A stretch of DNA of 64,000 nt, from NCBI GenBank assembly GCA_963777605.1, contig CAVZRV010000027.1, positions 1 to 64,000 of the forward strand, in the 5' to 3' direction. Below the pieces are notes generated by a model that searched no databases, was not told where the DNA came from, and saw only the letters and a program-made list of their open reading frames with translations. Of the stretch, positions 1 to 9,536 are shown piece after piece (positions within the stretch are counted from its first letter, which is position 1; every line of letters begins with the position of its first letter). This DNA comes from an uncultured Acidobacteriota bacterium (GTDB taxonomy: Bacteria; Acidobacteriota; UBA6911; RPQK01; JAPXNP01). Position numbers and translations under genes: made by a program.

Positions 1-173
1 ACGTTCCGATCCATCTGAGAACTGAATTTTTCCAGTGGCTTTCCCATGTGCCAATCCTATCATGAAAGATCCAGAACTATCTTGATAACAGGGCTTTTCG
101 AAATTTCACGGCTTTCCCTATAATGGCGTGCGACCCTCTTGTAACTGCAACGTTGGACTTGGGAGCAGGGACA

Positions 174-745
174 TTGAACAGACCATTCGCGGTCCTAATC
201 ACAGTTTGCATTGCATGCATTTCCGCAGCATCCATCTTCGGTGAAGATGTTGTCAGGGACTACGACCGGAACTTCGACTTCTCTCAACTCTAGACCTATC
301 GCTGGATGGACGCAGAAAAGAGGCTCATTGCCCGGGCAGATCCTCAAACGGCCTCCGTCATGAGTGACGAGGAACTCGACAAGACCATTCGCGCAGCGGT
401 CGACGAGGAATTGAAAAAGCGTGGGTTTAGGCTGACGACAGACGCTTCAGCGGATTTTCTCACCTCCTATTTCGCGGTCGGTCAGCTCGATTTTCCGGTT
501 CCTTCTACGACGCGGCTCCCTCCGGCAACCTTCCGTACAACCACTGGCGCCCCTTCTATCAACCCTCCACACACACCCGCATGAACACCAAGGGTGAATT
601 GACCATCGATATCGTCAATCCGGAGAACAACCAGCTGATCTGGCGGGGTCAGGCGAGCGATACGATCAAGAAGACCAAGGACATTGCCAAGACCGTCAAG
701 AAGGTAACCAAGAAGATTCTGTCGAAGTTTCCGCCCAAATCCTGA
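174..745 (+). pseudogene. DUF4136-like secreted protein, disrupted by an in-frame TAG at 291-293 and a frameshift at ~490-496
   Basis: TTG start at 174 gives a signal peptide and DYDRNFDFSQL*TYRW. A shifted frame continues to KGELTIDIVNPENNQLIWRGQA...KILSKFPPKS*, the typical DUF4136 C-terminus. Confidence 0.75.
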
Positions 746-816
746 CGGTCATCGGGAAGACGGCCCTGAATCGCGCGCTGCTCCTCCAATACACTCGGCT
801 GGTTGATGCCGTTCAA

Positions 817-1086
817 ATGGGAGACCCGGTGCTGATGGCGACCCAGCATCAGCACATGGTGTTGCCTTTCATCCTGTTGATCTTCCTCTACGCCCTGTTC
901 GTCCCGGCCTCCTGGAAGCGCGCCGCCACCGTCATCGGGGCGATCGCGCTCTCAGTCGTCGGACTTCGGATCGCCCTGGTTATGACCTACCCCGAACTCC
1001 GGGATGCATTGAACGTCGAACAGGCCACCCAGGCGGGCGCATTTCTGATTCTCGGTGCGGTCAGCGCAATCATCGGCAGCAACTGA
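817..1086 (+). pseudogene. Fragment of a multi-pass membrane protein, truncated next to an IS remnant
   Basis: Three hydrophobic segments (LIFLYALFVPASWKRAATVIG...). It resembles the membrane sensor region of some Ser/Thr kinases but has no catalytic domain and ends at the IS boundary. Confidence 0.4.
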
Positions 1087-1507
1087 AAATGATCCGTCGT
1101 ATCCGTGCTCACCCCCTCGGCCACGATCATCCCACTCTGCTCATCCACGACCGTCTGTGCGTTGTACGCCAGCCGCTTGCCTCCTTACAAGCGGTTTCCA
1201 GCCGCCGCGGACTGCGCAGGTGGTTCAGGTACCCATACAGCCACGCCTTCAGCAGCAACTCCGCACCGTAATGCGGTCGCCCTGTCCCTCGCTTCGCTTC
1301 GGCTTTCGCTTCTGTCGCAGTCCCAGTTCTTCCAGGTCCAGTTCATCCACCACCCCGCGAATAAACCGGGCCGGGTGATCCGCTCCGACCCAGTCTTCCA
1401 ACGCCGGGGGAAACAGGTAGGTCTCGCTGTAGTCCGCTCTGATTTGTCGGGTCACAGCGCTATTTTAAAAGTTGAGTCTGCGATTCTTCTCTTTTTGAGA
1501 CACCCTC
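1080..1507 (-). mobile_element. IS1182-family transposase remnant (internally deleted, frameshifted)
   Basis: YLFPPALEDWVGADHPARFI N-terminus; shifted frame GRPHYGAELLLKAWLYGY..RSPRRLE; then LAYNAQTVVD (DDE-domain start). Terminal-IR-like GAGGGTGTCTCAAAAAG at 1491-1507. Confidence 0.75.
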
Positions 1508-1550
1508 TCGGGACGGTTATCCTACTATGAAATGAAGGAGAACGCGACCG

Positions 1551-2522
1551 ATGACTGAGCAACTGGGATGGGGTCTTGTGGGGTGCGGAGACATTTCGAA
1601 AAAGCGGGTTGCACCGGCACTCCGCGACCTTGCCAATGTCAGATTTGTGGGAGTAAGCCGAAAGCAGCCGGACCTGGCAGCCGACTTTGCAGCCGAGTTC
1701 GACGCGGAAAAATCCTACCCGGACTGGACGGAGATGCTAGCGGATCCGGCCATCGAGGCGGTCTATGTCGCGACGCCGGTTCATCTCCACGAGCCGATCA
1801 CCGTCGCGGCAGCCGAAGCCGGACGCCACGTCTTATGCGAGAAGCCGATGGCCCTCACCCTGGGCGAATGTGATCGGATGATCGAGGCGGCGGCAGATGC
1901 GGGAGTTCACCTCGGCATCGCCTACTACCGCCGATTCTACCCGGTGCTGAAGCGCATCGAAGAGATCCTCGAATCGCGCCTGATCGGAGATCCAGTTCAG
2001 GTTCGGATGGACGCATTTGAATTCTACGATCCGCCTCCCTCTGATCCCCGCCACTGGTTTCTGGAGAAGAAGTACGCCGGGGGCGGCCCCATGTTTGATT
2101 TCGGCTGCCACCGTATAGAGGTCCTGTTGCGCCTCTTCGGGGCGCCCGATGAAGTGAGAGGAGGCACCTGGAATGTTCGACTGGAACGGGAGGTAGAGGA
2201 CACCGCCGTGGCCGTCATGCACTTTCCCACGGGTCCGCTCGCTCTTCTCTCGGTTACCCACGCGGCCTTCGAGTCCCGCGACACCCTGTCGATTTACTGC
2301 ACGAAAGGTTCCATCCACGTTCCCGTTCTGAACCAGGGCCAGTTGAGGTTGGTCACTCCGGCAGGAGAGGTGAGGGAGGACCACCCACCCGAACCCAACC
2401 TTCACCTGCCTCTTATCGACGACTTTACGCGGGCCGTCCAGGCCGGACGCCCGCCCCTGGTTGACGGCACGGCGGGCAGGATGGTCAACCAGGTTCTGGA
2501 TCGAATCTACGACGGGTTCTGA
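1551..2522 (+). CDS. Gfo/Idh/MocA family oxidoreductase
   Basis: GLVGCGDI Rossmann motif, HVLCEKPMA, GGGPMFDFGCH; GAAGGAG RBS upstream. Confidence 0.92.
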   Translation: MTEQLGWGLVGCGDISKKRVAPALRDLANVRFVGVSRKQPDLAADFAAEFDAEKSYPDWTEMLADPAIEAVYVATPVHLHEPITVAAAEAGRHVLCEKPMALTLGECDRMIEAAADAGVHLGIAYYRRFYPVLKRIEEILESRLIGDPVQVRMDAFEFYDPPPSDPRHWFLEKKYAGGGPMFDFGCHRIEVLLRLFGAPDEVRGGTWNVRLEREVEDTAVAVMHFPTGPLALLSVTHAAFESRDTLSIYCTKGSIHVPVLNQGQLRLVTPAGEVREDHPPEPNLHLPLIDDFTRAVQAGRPPLVDGTAGRMVNQVLDRIYDGF

Positions 2523-2583
2523 CACCGGCCGGCTCACGAGAGCCTCCCCGGAGACATACGATGCCCGATTACCTTTCCCAGAC

Positions 2584-2715
2584 GTAGGAGGCGAACGGAT
2601 CATTCGCTACATCGGGCAGGGTGGCGTCAAAGTGGTCACTCGCTTCATGGGCCTGATCCTGGCCGTAATCGGCACCCAGATGCTGATCGAAGGAATCAAG
2701 GGCGTCTGGGGGTAG
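2584..2715 (+). pseudogene. C-terminal fragment of a MarC-family membrane protein
   Basis: RYIGQGGVKVVTRFMGLILAVIGTQMLIEGI matches the MarC C-terminus; no N-terminal part is present. Confidence 0.65.
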
Positions 2716-2845
2716 GATAAGCTTCCAGATTGTCTTCGAGACCGGAGCCTCCACTCGAAGGCCCCGAAAATCGGCGGGCCCAAGCCAGGTCTCACGCCAA
2801 TTTCTGACTGGGAGCCTTGCCCTGTCCCGCCTGGAGGCGGGCAAC

Positions 2846-4258
2846 TCAACGAGGAATCTGCAGCGAGAAGATGCTGCCCCCCCGGGGCAGATTTCGCGCT
2901 GTCGCCGAACCATCATGCAAATCCATGATCGTCTTCACGATCGCGAGGCCCAGGCCGAGTCCCTCGTCCGCCCTACCGTTCCCGGGCTGGCGTTGACCGC
3001 GGTAGAAGCGGTCGAACAAGTGCGGGAGTTCGTCATCCCTGATCCCTTCCCCCGAGTCGGCCACTTCGAGGGAGACAACTTCGCCGGACTCACTGACACG
3101 CAACGACACGCATCCTCCCCTGGGAGTATGCCTGATAGCGTTGGCAACAAGGTTCGTCACGGCTCGGCGCATCAGACGAGAGTCAGCCAGCACACCGACT
3201 TCGCCGCCGAATTTCCAGTCCAGTACGACCTCTTTCTTGTGAGCCACCGGGAAGAGTGCCCGGCAGGTGTCGTCAATGATTTCCATCAAATCCAGGGGCT
3301 TTTTCCGGAGCGGAATCTGGGATCCGTCGGCCCGCGCCATGAAAAAAAGGTCATCCACAATCTGCGAAAGATACTCGGTCTGGCCCAGGATGGACCGGAT
3401 CGCGGCCTCGTATTCCTCGGGCGATCGGGCGCGCTGAAGGGTCACATCGGCCTGGGCTCGAACCGCTGCCACCGGGGTCCGCAACTCGTGAGCGGCGTCG
3501 GCCAGGAACTGCTTCTGCTGTTCGAAGGCCTTTTCGAGGCGGGAGAGCAGGTCGTTGAGAACCATTGTCAGCCGGCCGAACTCGTCGCCCGGGTTCTCCA
3601 CTTCCAACCGGGCCTCGAGTCCGGAGGCCTGAACCCTCCGGGTTCGGTCGGCAATCCGGTCGACCGGCGACAGGACCCGGCCTGCGAGAAGATATCCTGC
3701 AACGGCCGAGAGCAGGATCAAGGGAAACAGGGCCAGCAGCAAGGACCGCCGCATCGTCTGCAACTGGCCGTTGACCCGATCGAGTTCCCGAAACAAGGCG
3801 AGGCGGTAACCGGGCCCTCCAGGTTCCTTCCGCTCCGCTCCCACAACCCGCCAGGACCTTCCTCCGAAGGTGAAGGTCGACAATTCGGCCGGGAAAGCAA
3901 ACCTGGAGAGACTTTCATCATCCAGAGCCGGGGGTGGGCCCTTCCATCCCAGGGCCAGGACCGGTCGGCCCGGAACCAATAGCAGCAGCGCCATGTCTGG
4001 TGGAACCCCGACCTCTTCAATTTCTTCCTTTAGGGCACCCTCGCTCGGAGATCCGGCTTCCAGGTAGGCTCCGTGAAGAACTCTCATGAGGGCCGTTAAG
4101 GTCTCCGTCAGAGACGAGTCGAACTCGGCCATCAAGCTTCGGCTCACCAACCGGTCTACCGCGACACCGAGCAGCAGGGAAGAGCAGAAGAGGACCGCCA
4201 CGTAGAGCCCGGAGAGTCTCAACCTGACACTCGAGAAGGGACGCACTGCTCTTTTCAA
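2846..4258 (-). CDS. HAMP-domain sensor histidine kinase (CusS/CzcS-like)
   Basis: Two TM segments, HAMP, H-box FLADAAHELRTP, N-box NLVANAIRHT, G boxes DSGEGI and GLGLGLAI. Confidence 0.93.
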   Translation of the reverse strand: MKRAVRPFSSVRLRLSGLYVAVLFCSSLLLGVAVDRLVSRSLMAEFDSSLTETLTALMRVLHGAYLEAGSPSEGALKEEIEEVGVPPDMALLLLVPGRPVLALGWKGPPPALDDESLSRFAFPAELSTFTFGGRSWRVVGAERKEPGGPGYRLALFRELDRVNGQLQTMRRSLLLALFPLILLSAVAGYLLAGRVLSPVDRIADRTRRVQASGLEARLEVENPGDEFGRLTMVLNDLLSRLEKAFEQQKQFLADAAHELRTPVAAVRAQADVTLQRARSPEEYEAAIRSILGQTEYLSQIVDDLFFMARADGSQIPLRKKPLDLMEIIDDTCRALFPVAHKKEVVLDWKFGGEVGVLADSRLMRRAVTNLVANAIRHTPRGGCVSLRVSESGEVVSLEVADSGEGIRDDELPHLFDRFYRGQRQPGNGRADEGLGLGLAIVKTIMDLHDGSATARNLPRGGSIFSLQIPR

Positions 4259-4983
4259 GTGCTTTCATCTCCAGCTTTCGGGGGTCCCGCATCCGGCGGC
4301 TCCGGGTCCGCCCCGGGAGCCGTCAGCACGTAGCCGGCACCGCGCCGCGTGTGGATGAGTTTGCACCCGAACCGTTCGTCGATCTTGCGGCGAAGCCTCT
4401 GGACGTAGACTTCGATCAAGTTCGAGAACGGATCATAGCTGTCGTCCCAAACGTGCTCGGAGATCCGCTCCCGGGAAACAACCTCACCAGCATGGAGCAT
4501 CAGAAACTCCAGCAGCGCGTATTCTTTGAGCGTCAGCCGGATTGGCTGTCCCGAGAACGACGCAGACTGGTTTCCGGTATCGAGCACCAGCTCTCCGACC
4601 ACAAGCTGCAACGGCCGGGGTTCCCTGGAGCGGCGCATCAGGGCGCGAAGCCTCGCCAGCAGCTCGGCGAAAGCGAACGGTTTAACGAGGTAGTCGTCGG
4701 CACCCGCGTCCAGCCCGGCCACGCGATCTTCCACTGAATCCCGTGCTGTCAGCATCAAAATCGGGGCCTTCGAAAGGTCTCCGTGAAGTCGCCGGCTCAC
4801 TTCGAAGCCGTCGATACCGGGCAGCATCACGTCCAGCACGATCACGTCGTACGGGTTGATCTCGGCGAGTTCGAGAGCGGCGGTGCCGTCGACAGCGAGG
4901 TCGACGGCATACCCGTTCTCGCGCAAGCCCTTCAGGAGGGCCTCCGCCATGGGTTCGGAATCTTCAGCAACCAGGATTCGCAT
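4255..4983 (-). CDS. OmpR-family response regulator
   Basis: MRILVAED, LDVMLPG, GADDYLVKPF, winged helix IHTRRGAGY; overlaps the kinase start by 4 nt. Confidence 0.95.
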   Translation of the reverse strand: MRILVAEDSEPMAEALLKGLRENGYAVDLAVDGTAALELAEINPYDVIVLDVMLPGIDGFEVSRRLHGDLSKAPILMLTARDSVEDRVAGLDAGADDYLVKPFAFAELLARLRALMRRSREPRPLQLVVGELVLDTGNQSASFSGQPIRLTLKEYALLEFLMLHAGEVVSRERISEHVWDDSYDPFSNLIEVYVQRLRRKIDERFGCKLIHTRRGAGYVLTAPGADPEPPDAGPPKAGDEST

Positions 4984-5078
4984 CGATCCTGACGAGCCCC
5001 CTCATCGGCGAGAGATAGAGATCAAATCATCGCGGCCAACCTGCCGGATTTCGCCGGAGGCCGTCCCGCTCCCAGCGT

Positions 5079-5543
5079 TTATCGCAGGACTTTGCCCTGC
5101 GGGTCGACCTGGACTTCCGAACGCTTGCCAGAAGTGTCGATTTGCGCTTCGTAGGCGGTAATCTTACCACCCTTGGTGATCGATTCAACGACTCGGATCT
5201 TTCCGTTTCCCGCCTCCTTCTCGATAGCAGCCCTGACGGGAGCAGGAAGGGACGCGAGATCGACCTGTTGCTCGACCTCGAGAACGCGACCGGACTGGTC
5301 AATGATCATGTCCCGGCTGCGTCCATCGACCAGGAGTTCCAGTTCGTATACCGTCTTTCCTCCCTCTTCTTCCGCGGAAAAGCCTCGAATCGTCGCGTTC
5401 TTACTCTGTTCTGCTACCGTATTTCGGACTGCCGCGGGTGCGTCCTTCAGTTGGATGTCCTTTTCCCCCTCTTCCCGGGCGAATCCGAATCCGCCCAGCG
5501 CTATCGCCGCGACGGAAATCAACAAGAATCGTTTTGAGTTCAT
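5079..5543 (-). CDS. Secreted PepSY-like (BLIP-like) repeat protein
   Basis: Signal peptide and two repeats of LP/APAAVR..I/V...G...YE.....G...VD..GKVL; AGGAGG RBS. Confidence 0.8.
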   Translation of the reverse strand: MNSKRFLLISVAAIALGGFGFAREEGEKDIQLKDAPAAVRNTVAEQSKNATIRGFSAEEEGGKTVYELELLVDGRSRDMIIDQSGRVLEVEQQVDLASLPAPVRAAIEKEAGNGKIRVVESITKGGKITAYEAQIDTSGKRSEVQVDPQGKVLR

Positions 5544-5703
5544 TGAAATTGATACCTCCTGGAAAAGGAGAGTACCAACCGGTTCCTAAACCGAGGATAA
5601 ATCGCTGCAATCTCAAGTGGTCCGTTTCCAGGCGGGCGCCTGCGGACTCGACTTCAGGCAATTCTTGGGCTCCAAGATGTGCGGGAGCCTGGTTCGATTC
5701 TCG

Positions 5704-6483
5704 TTACCGGTCACCATTCCACAACTGGCCGTCCGACTCGTTTAAAGATGATCCTTCGAATTCAAGGGCCGCCCTGGCAAAGTCCTGAAAAGTGCTCGTT
5801 TCAGGGTAGTCGGAGGCTTCACCGAGAATGAACAGGCAACTGCCTCCCTTGATGGCATTGATGATCTTCTTCGAAAGGCCGGAAGGCACCGCCGGGCATC
5901 CCCAACTCAACCCCAGCCTCCCGTGCTCCCGGATAAAGCCCCGTGAAACATAGTCCGCCCCATGGACAACAATCGCCCGAGCGAGGGCGTTGCTGTTGTA
6001 GCTGGGTTCCAGGCCCCTCAATTTGAGGGAAAACCCATGTTTTCCGTAGTAGGTCCGATCGGTCACGAACAGGCCGAGACTGCTCATTTTCGAGTCCTGA
6101 ACGTTGGAGAATCGGAGCGGTTTTCGCTCCCCGCTGTTCTTCCCGTGAGCCACGAGAGTCCGGAAGAGTACCTGCCGGGCTTCCAGGTCGATGACAAAGA
6201 AACGCTCTTGCGTCGAGTCTTTGCGATAGTCGACGATGGTCAGAATCGATTCCTTGACCACCATCCCCGCCTTGCGCAGGTTGAGGAAACCCACCATCGC
6301 GGTGCGAAAGGCTTCGAAATCCAGATCTTTTCCGATCCCGATATCGGAATAGAGGCTGCGCAACCTTTTCAGAAACAGCACGCCGGCTTCCGATTGCAGG
6401 GATCGATCGTTAGGTTCTCCGACAACCGAGGCTACGGTCATCAACAGTAGTACCAGCGAGAGAATTGTCCCGGATCGCCTCAT
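5704..6483 (-). CDS. Murein L,D-transpeptidase catalytic-domain family protein (YkuD_2-like)
   Basis: LVAHGKNSG, SSLG, RAIVVHGADY...SWGCPAV with catalytic His and Cys. Confidence 0.9.
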   Translation of the reverse strand: MRRSGTILSLVLLLMTVASVVGEPNDRSLQSEAGVLFLKRLRSLYSDIGIGKDLDFEAFRTAMVGFLNLRKAGMVVKESILTIVDYRKDSTQERFFVIDLEARQVLFRTLVAHGKNSGERKPLRFSNVQDSKMSSLGLFVTDRTYYGKHGFSLKLRGLEPSYNSNALARAIVVHGADYVSRGFIREHGRLGLSWGCPAVPSGLSKKIINAIKGGSCLFILGEASDYPETSTFQDFARAALEFEGSSLNESDGQLWNGDR

Positions 6484-6643
6484 TCCGCCCGATTGGTCCC
6501 AGTCCGTTTAATTTCAGATGTCATCCCTGTTGTCTCCAATGCTTCCAGATTGGTGCGCAAAGACTACAACAAGGGCCTGCGAAACGGAATCCCTCGACAA
6601 GCCGATTGCAAAAGGCGACAATCGACCTTCGGAATTGAGAACA

Positions 6644-6671
6644 GGGTTTGGGGTTTGGGGTTTGGGGTTTG
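6644..6671. repeat. Heptamer tandem repeat (GGGTTTG)x4
   Basis: Four exact copies; a degenerate C-rich inverted partner lies at ~6795-6818. Confidence 0.9.
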
Positions 6672-6843
6672 GTAGGACACACAAGAACACAGAAGGTTTC
6701 GAGTTTCGGGCTTCGGGCCTGTTTGCGTGCGCGGGTCTCATACGTCCTGAATGTCCCGTATTTCCTATCCCTATCCCGCGGGTATGGCGGCAAGCCCTCA
6801 AACCCTACCCCCCCCAAAGCAGAGAGAGAGAGCGAAAGGGATC

Positions 6844-7749
6844 ATGGCTAAAAGGTGGCTGTTTTTCACAATCTTTACCGTAGGGGCCTGGGGAGTGTGG
6901 GGCGCGCTGATGAACTCCACAGCCGAAGCCGGGTTTCCTGAAACCCTGGGTTATTGCGTCTGGGCACTGACCATGATCCCGCCGGCCCTGATCGCCCTCC
7001 ACCTCGTCGGATGGAAGCTCGAGTACGGGTTCTGGGCGATCGTCTTGGGCTCCGCCGTTGGATTCCTGGGTGCAGGGGGCCAGTTGGTCCTTTTCAAGGT
7101 GTTGAGGACGGCACCGGCCTACCTGGTTTTCCCCTTTATCGCTCTGTCCCCTGTTGTGACGATCCTGCTGGCACTGGTGATTTCGCGCGAACGCGCCCGC
7201 CTGAAGGGCTGGCTCGGGATCCTGCTGGCGCTGCTGGCCGGCGTCCTGCTTTCCTGGACGGAGGAAGGCTCAGGCGGAATCGGAGCCTGGGTTTTTCTCG
7301 CCTTCCTGGTCTTTCTGGCCTGGGGAATTCAGGGGTTCATCATTTCCTACGCTAACCGTTCGATGAAGGCCGAGAGCATCTTTTTCTACATGATGGTGAC
7401 CGGACTTCTGTTGATTCCGTTTGCCCTCTGGATGACAGACTTTTCCCAGGAGATCAACTGGGGACTGACCGGGCCCTGGATGGCAGGCGGAATTCAGATC
7501 CTGAACTCGGTTGGAGCGCTCTTCCTGGTCTTCGCCTACCGCTATGGGAAGGCGATCATCATCAGCCCGCTGATCAACGCCGGCGCGCCCGTCGTCACCA
7601 CGATCCTTTCACTGGCGATTTACTGGACTCTGCCCGCAATGCTTCACTCGCTGGGGATCATTGCCGCAATCATCGCGGCATTCTTGATGGCCCTCGAAGA
7701 AGAATCCGAAACCGAGGCGGCAGCAGAGCCAAGCCAAGTAGGCCGGTGA
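6844..7749 (+). CDS. DMT/EamA family transporter
   Basis: About 10 TM helices in two homologous halves (WGVWG / WGIQG); ATG at 6844 after AAAGGG. Confidence 0.88.
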   Translation: MAKRWLFFTIFTVGAWGVWGALMNSTAEAGFPETLGYCVWALTMIPPALIALHLVGWKLEYGFWAIVLGSAVGFLGAGGQLVLFKVLRTAPAYLVFPFIALSPVVTILLALVISRERARLKGWLGILLALLAGVLLSWTEEGSGGIGAWVFLAFLVFLAWGIQGFIISYANRSMKAESIFFYMMVTGLLLIPFALWMTDFSQEINWGLTGPWMAGGIQILNSVGALFLVFAYRYGKAIIISPLINAGAPVVTTILSLAIYWTLPAMLHSLGIIAAIIAAFLMALEEESETEAAAEPSQVGR

Positions 7750-7750
7750 C

Positions 7751-8076
7751 GGGTTTCTGGTTTCTCGTTTCTGGTAAGCGTGGCGCGGATCGTTCGGCGC
7801 GTGAAACTGGAGGGGCGCCGGCAGTCGGACGCGCCAACGGCGCAGGGTCATTTTCAGCCCGGCGGCAACGCCCCGGGAATGGGAGCCGGGACGGCAATGC
7901 AGCACTGAAAGTGCGATTCAGTCCCGGTAGCGGACGGTTTCAGAACAGACCGGAAATCAAGAATCCTGGATTGAGAAGGTTCACTTCCGCCGGGCAAGCT
8001 GCCCGGCCGCCATACCAGGCAGGGCTGCCTGGATTACTCTCCCTCCAGGAACGAGAAACCAGGAACCCGAAACCAG
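7751..8076. repeat. Composite dispersed intergenic repeat, copy 1 (REP-like palindromes with inverted heptamer arms)
   Basis: 7831-8047 is nearly identical to 23793-24009; arms 7751-7774 and 8045-8068 are inverted, 22/24 match. Confidence 0.88.
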
Positions 8077-8105
8077 TACCCACGATCCCCGGTTTCAGCT
8101 CTTCA

Positions 8106-9245
8106 TCAGCCGCGGACCAGTTCCCGGTAGGTTTCCGCGATGCGCTCGACTCCGCTGCGATTGTCCTCCGGGGCAAAGGCCGGAAACGTCAGTCGGAAGA
8201 AAACCCCTCCGTGTTTCTCGTGAGTCTTTTCCCGCCAGCCGGGGGCAAAGACCTGTGGTGACGCCAGGACGACGCCCTTAAGTTTCAAAGCCTCCACGAA
8301 GTGCTGCTCGTCATGAACGCCTGGAAGCCACAGTCCGAAAAAGAAACCTCCCGTCAGAGTGGGAAGGTCGATGTCCGGGAATGCCCGGGCAATCGACTCA
8401 TTCATCGCTTCCATCCGCGGCCGATAGAGATCCCGAAGGAAACCCAGGTGCTCATCGTAGAATCCCGACCGCATCAGCGAATGAATCGCGGCCTGGGTGG
8501 GATAGTTCGGATTCAGTCGGGTATTCGCAATCACCGGCGTCATGGCTTCGAGAACCTTGGCCGGGAAGATGCCGAATCCGCACTTCGCACCGGGTGAAAG
8601 GGTCTTCGTAAAAGACCCGACAAGGCAGGTCGTCTCGGGAAACTCCTCCAGATCAATGATCGTGTTTTCTTCTCCATCGAAGCGCAGTTCGAAATACGCA
8701 ATGTCGAGGACGTGAAGTACCCCGTGGGCGGCGCAGATTTTCGAAGCCTTCCGCATGTTCTCCAGAGTCGTGGTCACACCGGTCGGGCTCTGGTGGTAGG
8801 CCACCTGGTAAAAGAGCTGCATTCCGCTTTGGGAGACGACTTCCTCCAGGGCATCCAGGTCGACTCCATCATCCGACAGCGGCACACCGTGGATCCGGCA
8901 CCCATGCCGCGCAAGATCAATCAGGACCCGGTCGTAGGTCATCGCCTCGGTAGCCACGAGACTTCCCTCGGGGAGAGACTTCAACAGGAGCGAAACGGTT
9001 TCCATCCCCCCGTTACTGCAAACCACGCGAGCCTGCGGATCTCCCTTCACCTGAAGACGCTCGGCGAGGATCTTCTTGAGCGGAACGAACCCGTTGAAAT
9101 CGGCCAGACCAGGAGTCTGATACTGCAGAACCCCTGTCCCGTACTCAGAAAAAACTCTCGAGTATTCAGATGCAAAGGCCTCCGCCACAGGCTCCAGAGC
9201 CCGGTTGGCCGGCACGCCCCGCAGGAAATTTATCTGGTTTGACAT
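8106..9245 (-). CDS. PLP-dependent aminotransferase (class I/II, MocR/LysN-like)
   Basis: INFLRGVP, HQSPTGVT, LDIAYFEL, GSFTKTLSPG (PLP Lys); GGAGG RBS. Confidence 0.88.
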   Translation of the reverse strand: MSNQINFLRGVPANRALEPVAEAFASEYSRVFSEYGTGVLQYQTPGLADFNGFVPLKKILAERLQVKGDPQARVVCSNGGMETVSLLLKSLPEGSLVATEAMTYDRVLIDLARHGCRIHGVPLSDDGVDLDALEEVVSQSGMQLFYQVAYHQSPTGVTTTLENMRKASKICAAHGVLHVLDIAYFELRFDGEENTIIDLEEFPETTCLVGSFTKTLSPGAKCGFGIFPAKVLEAMTPVIANTRLNPNYPTQAAIHSLMRSGFYDEHLGFLRDLYRPRMEAMNESIARAFPDIDLPTLTGGFFFGLWLPGVHDEQHFVEALKLKGVVLASPQVFAPGWREKTHEKHGGVFFRLTFPAFAPEDNRSGVERIAETYRELVRG

Positions 9246-9266
9246 TGACACCTCCGTTGACAGCCA

Positions 9267-9284
9267 TTACAAGGAAAGTTGTAA
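9267..9284. promoter_or_regulatory. Palindrome TTACAA-N6-TTGTAA, possible operator between divergent genes
   Basis: Perfect 6-bp inverted repeat in an AT-rich divergent intergenic region. Confidence 0.3.
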
Positions 9285-9536
9285 GAGAATAACGAATTTA
9301 AACATTTTCGGTGAACCATCGTGGGGCGATCCAACTCTTTACGTTTTGGATGTCACCAAACCAGACAGGAATCGAGGCAATTCGCCCCTCGCGGAGTACA
9401 ATCGGACTCACGCGGACCTCTGATCCCCAACGCGACGGCAAGGAATTTCGTACAGGCCTGCCGCTTCTTCCAGTGGCACACTTGATGCCGACAGTTTTCG
9501 CATCCCATGGAAACCAAATCACCCAGGAGTCGACTA

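Noticed and set aside
291-293. In-frame TAG as pyrrolysine or stop-codon recoding
   Set aside because: The same gene is also frameshifted, and TAG terminates bona fide genes here (cytochrome, pyrG).
7746-8261. Apparent paralogous small proteins (7746-8261 and 23456-24058)
   Set aside because: The similarity comes from the duplicated non-coding repeat; no RBS or protein motif, and the first overlaps a real gene.
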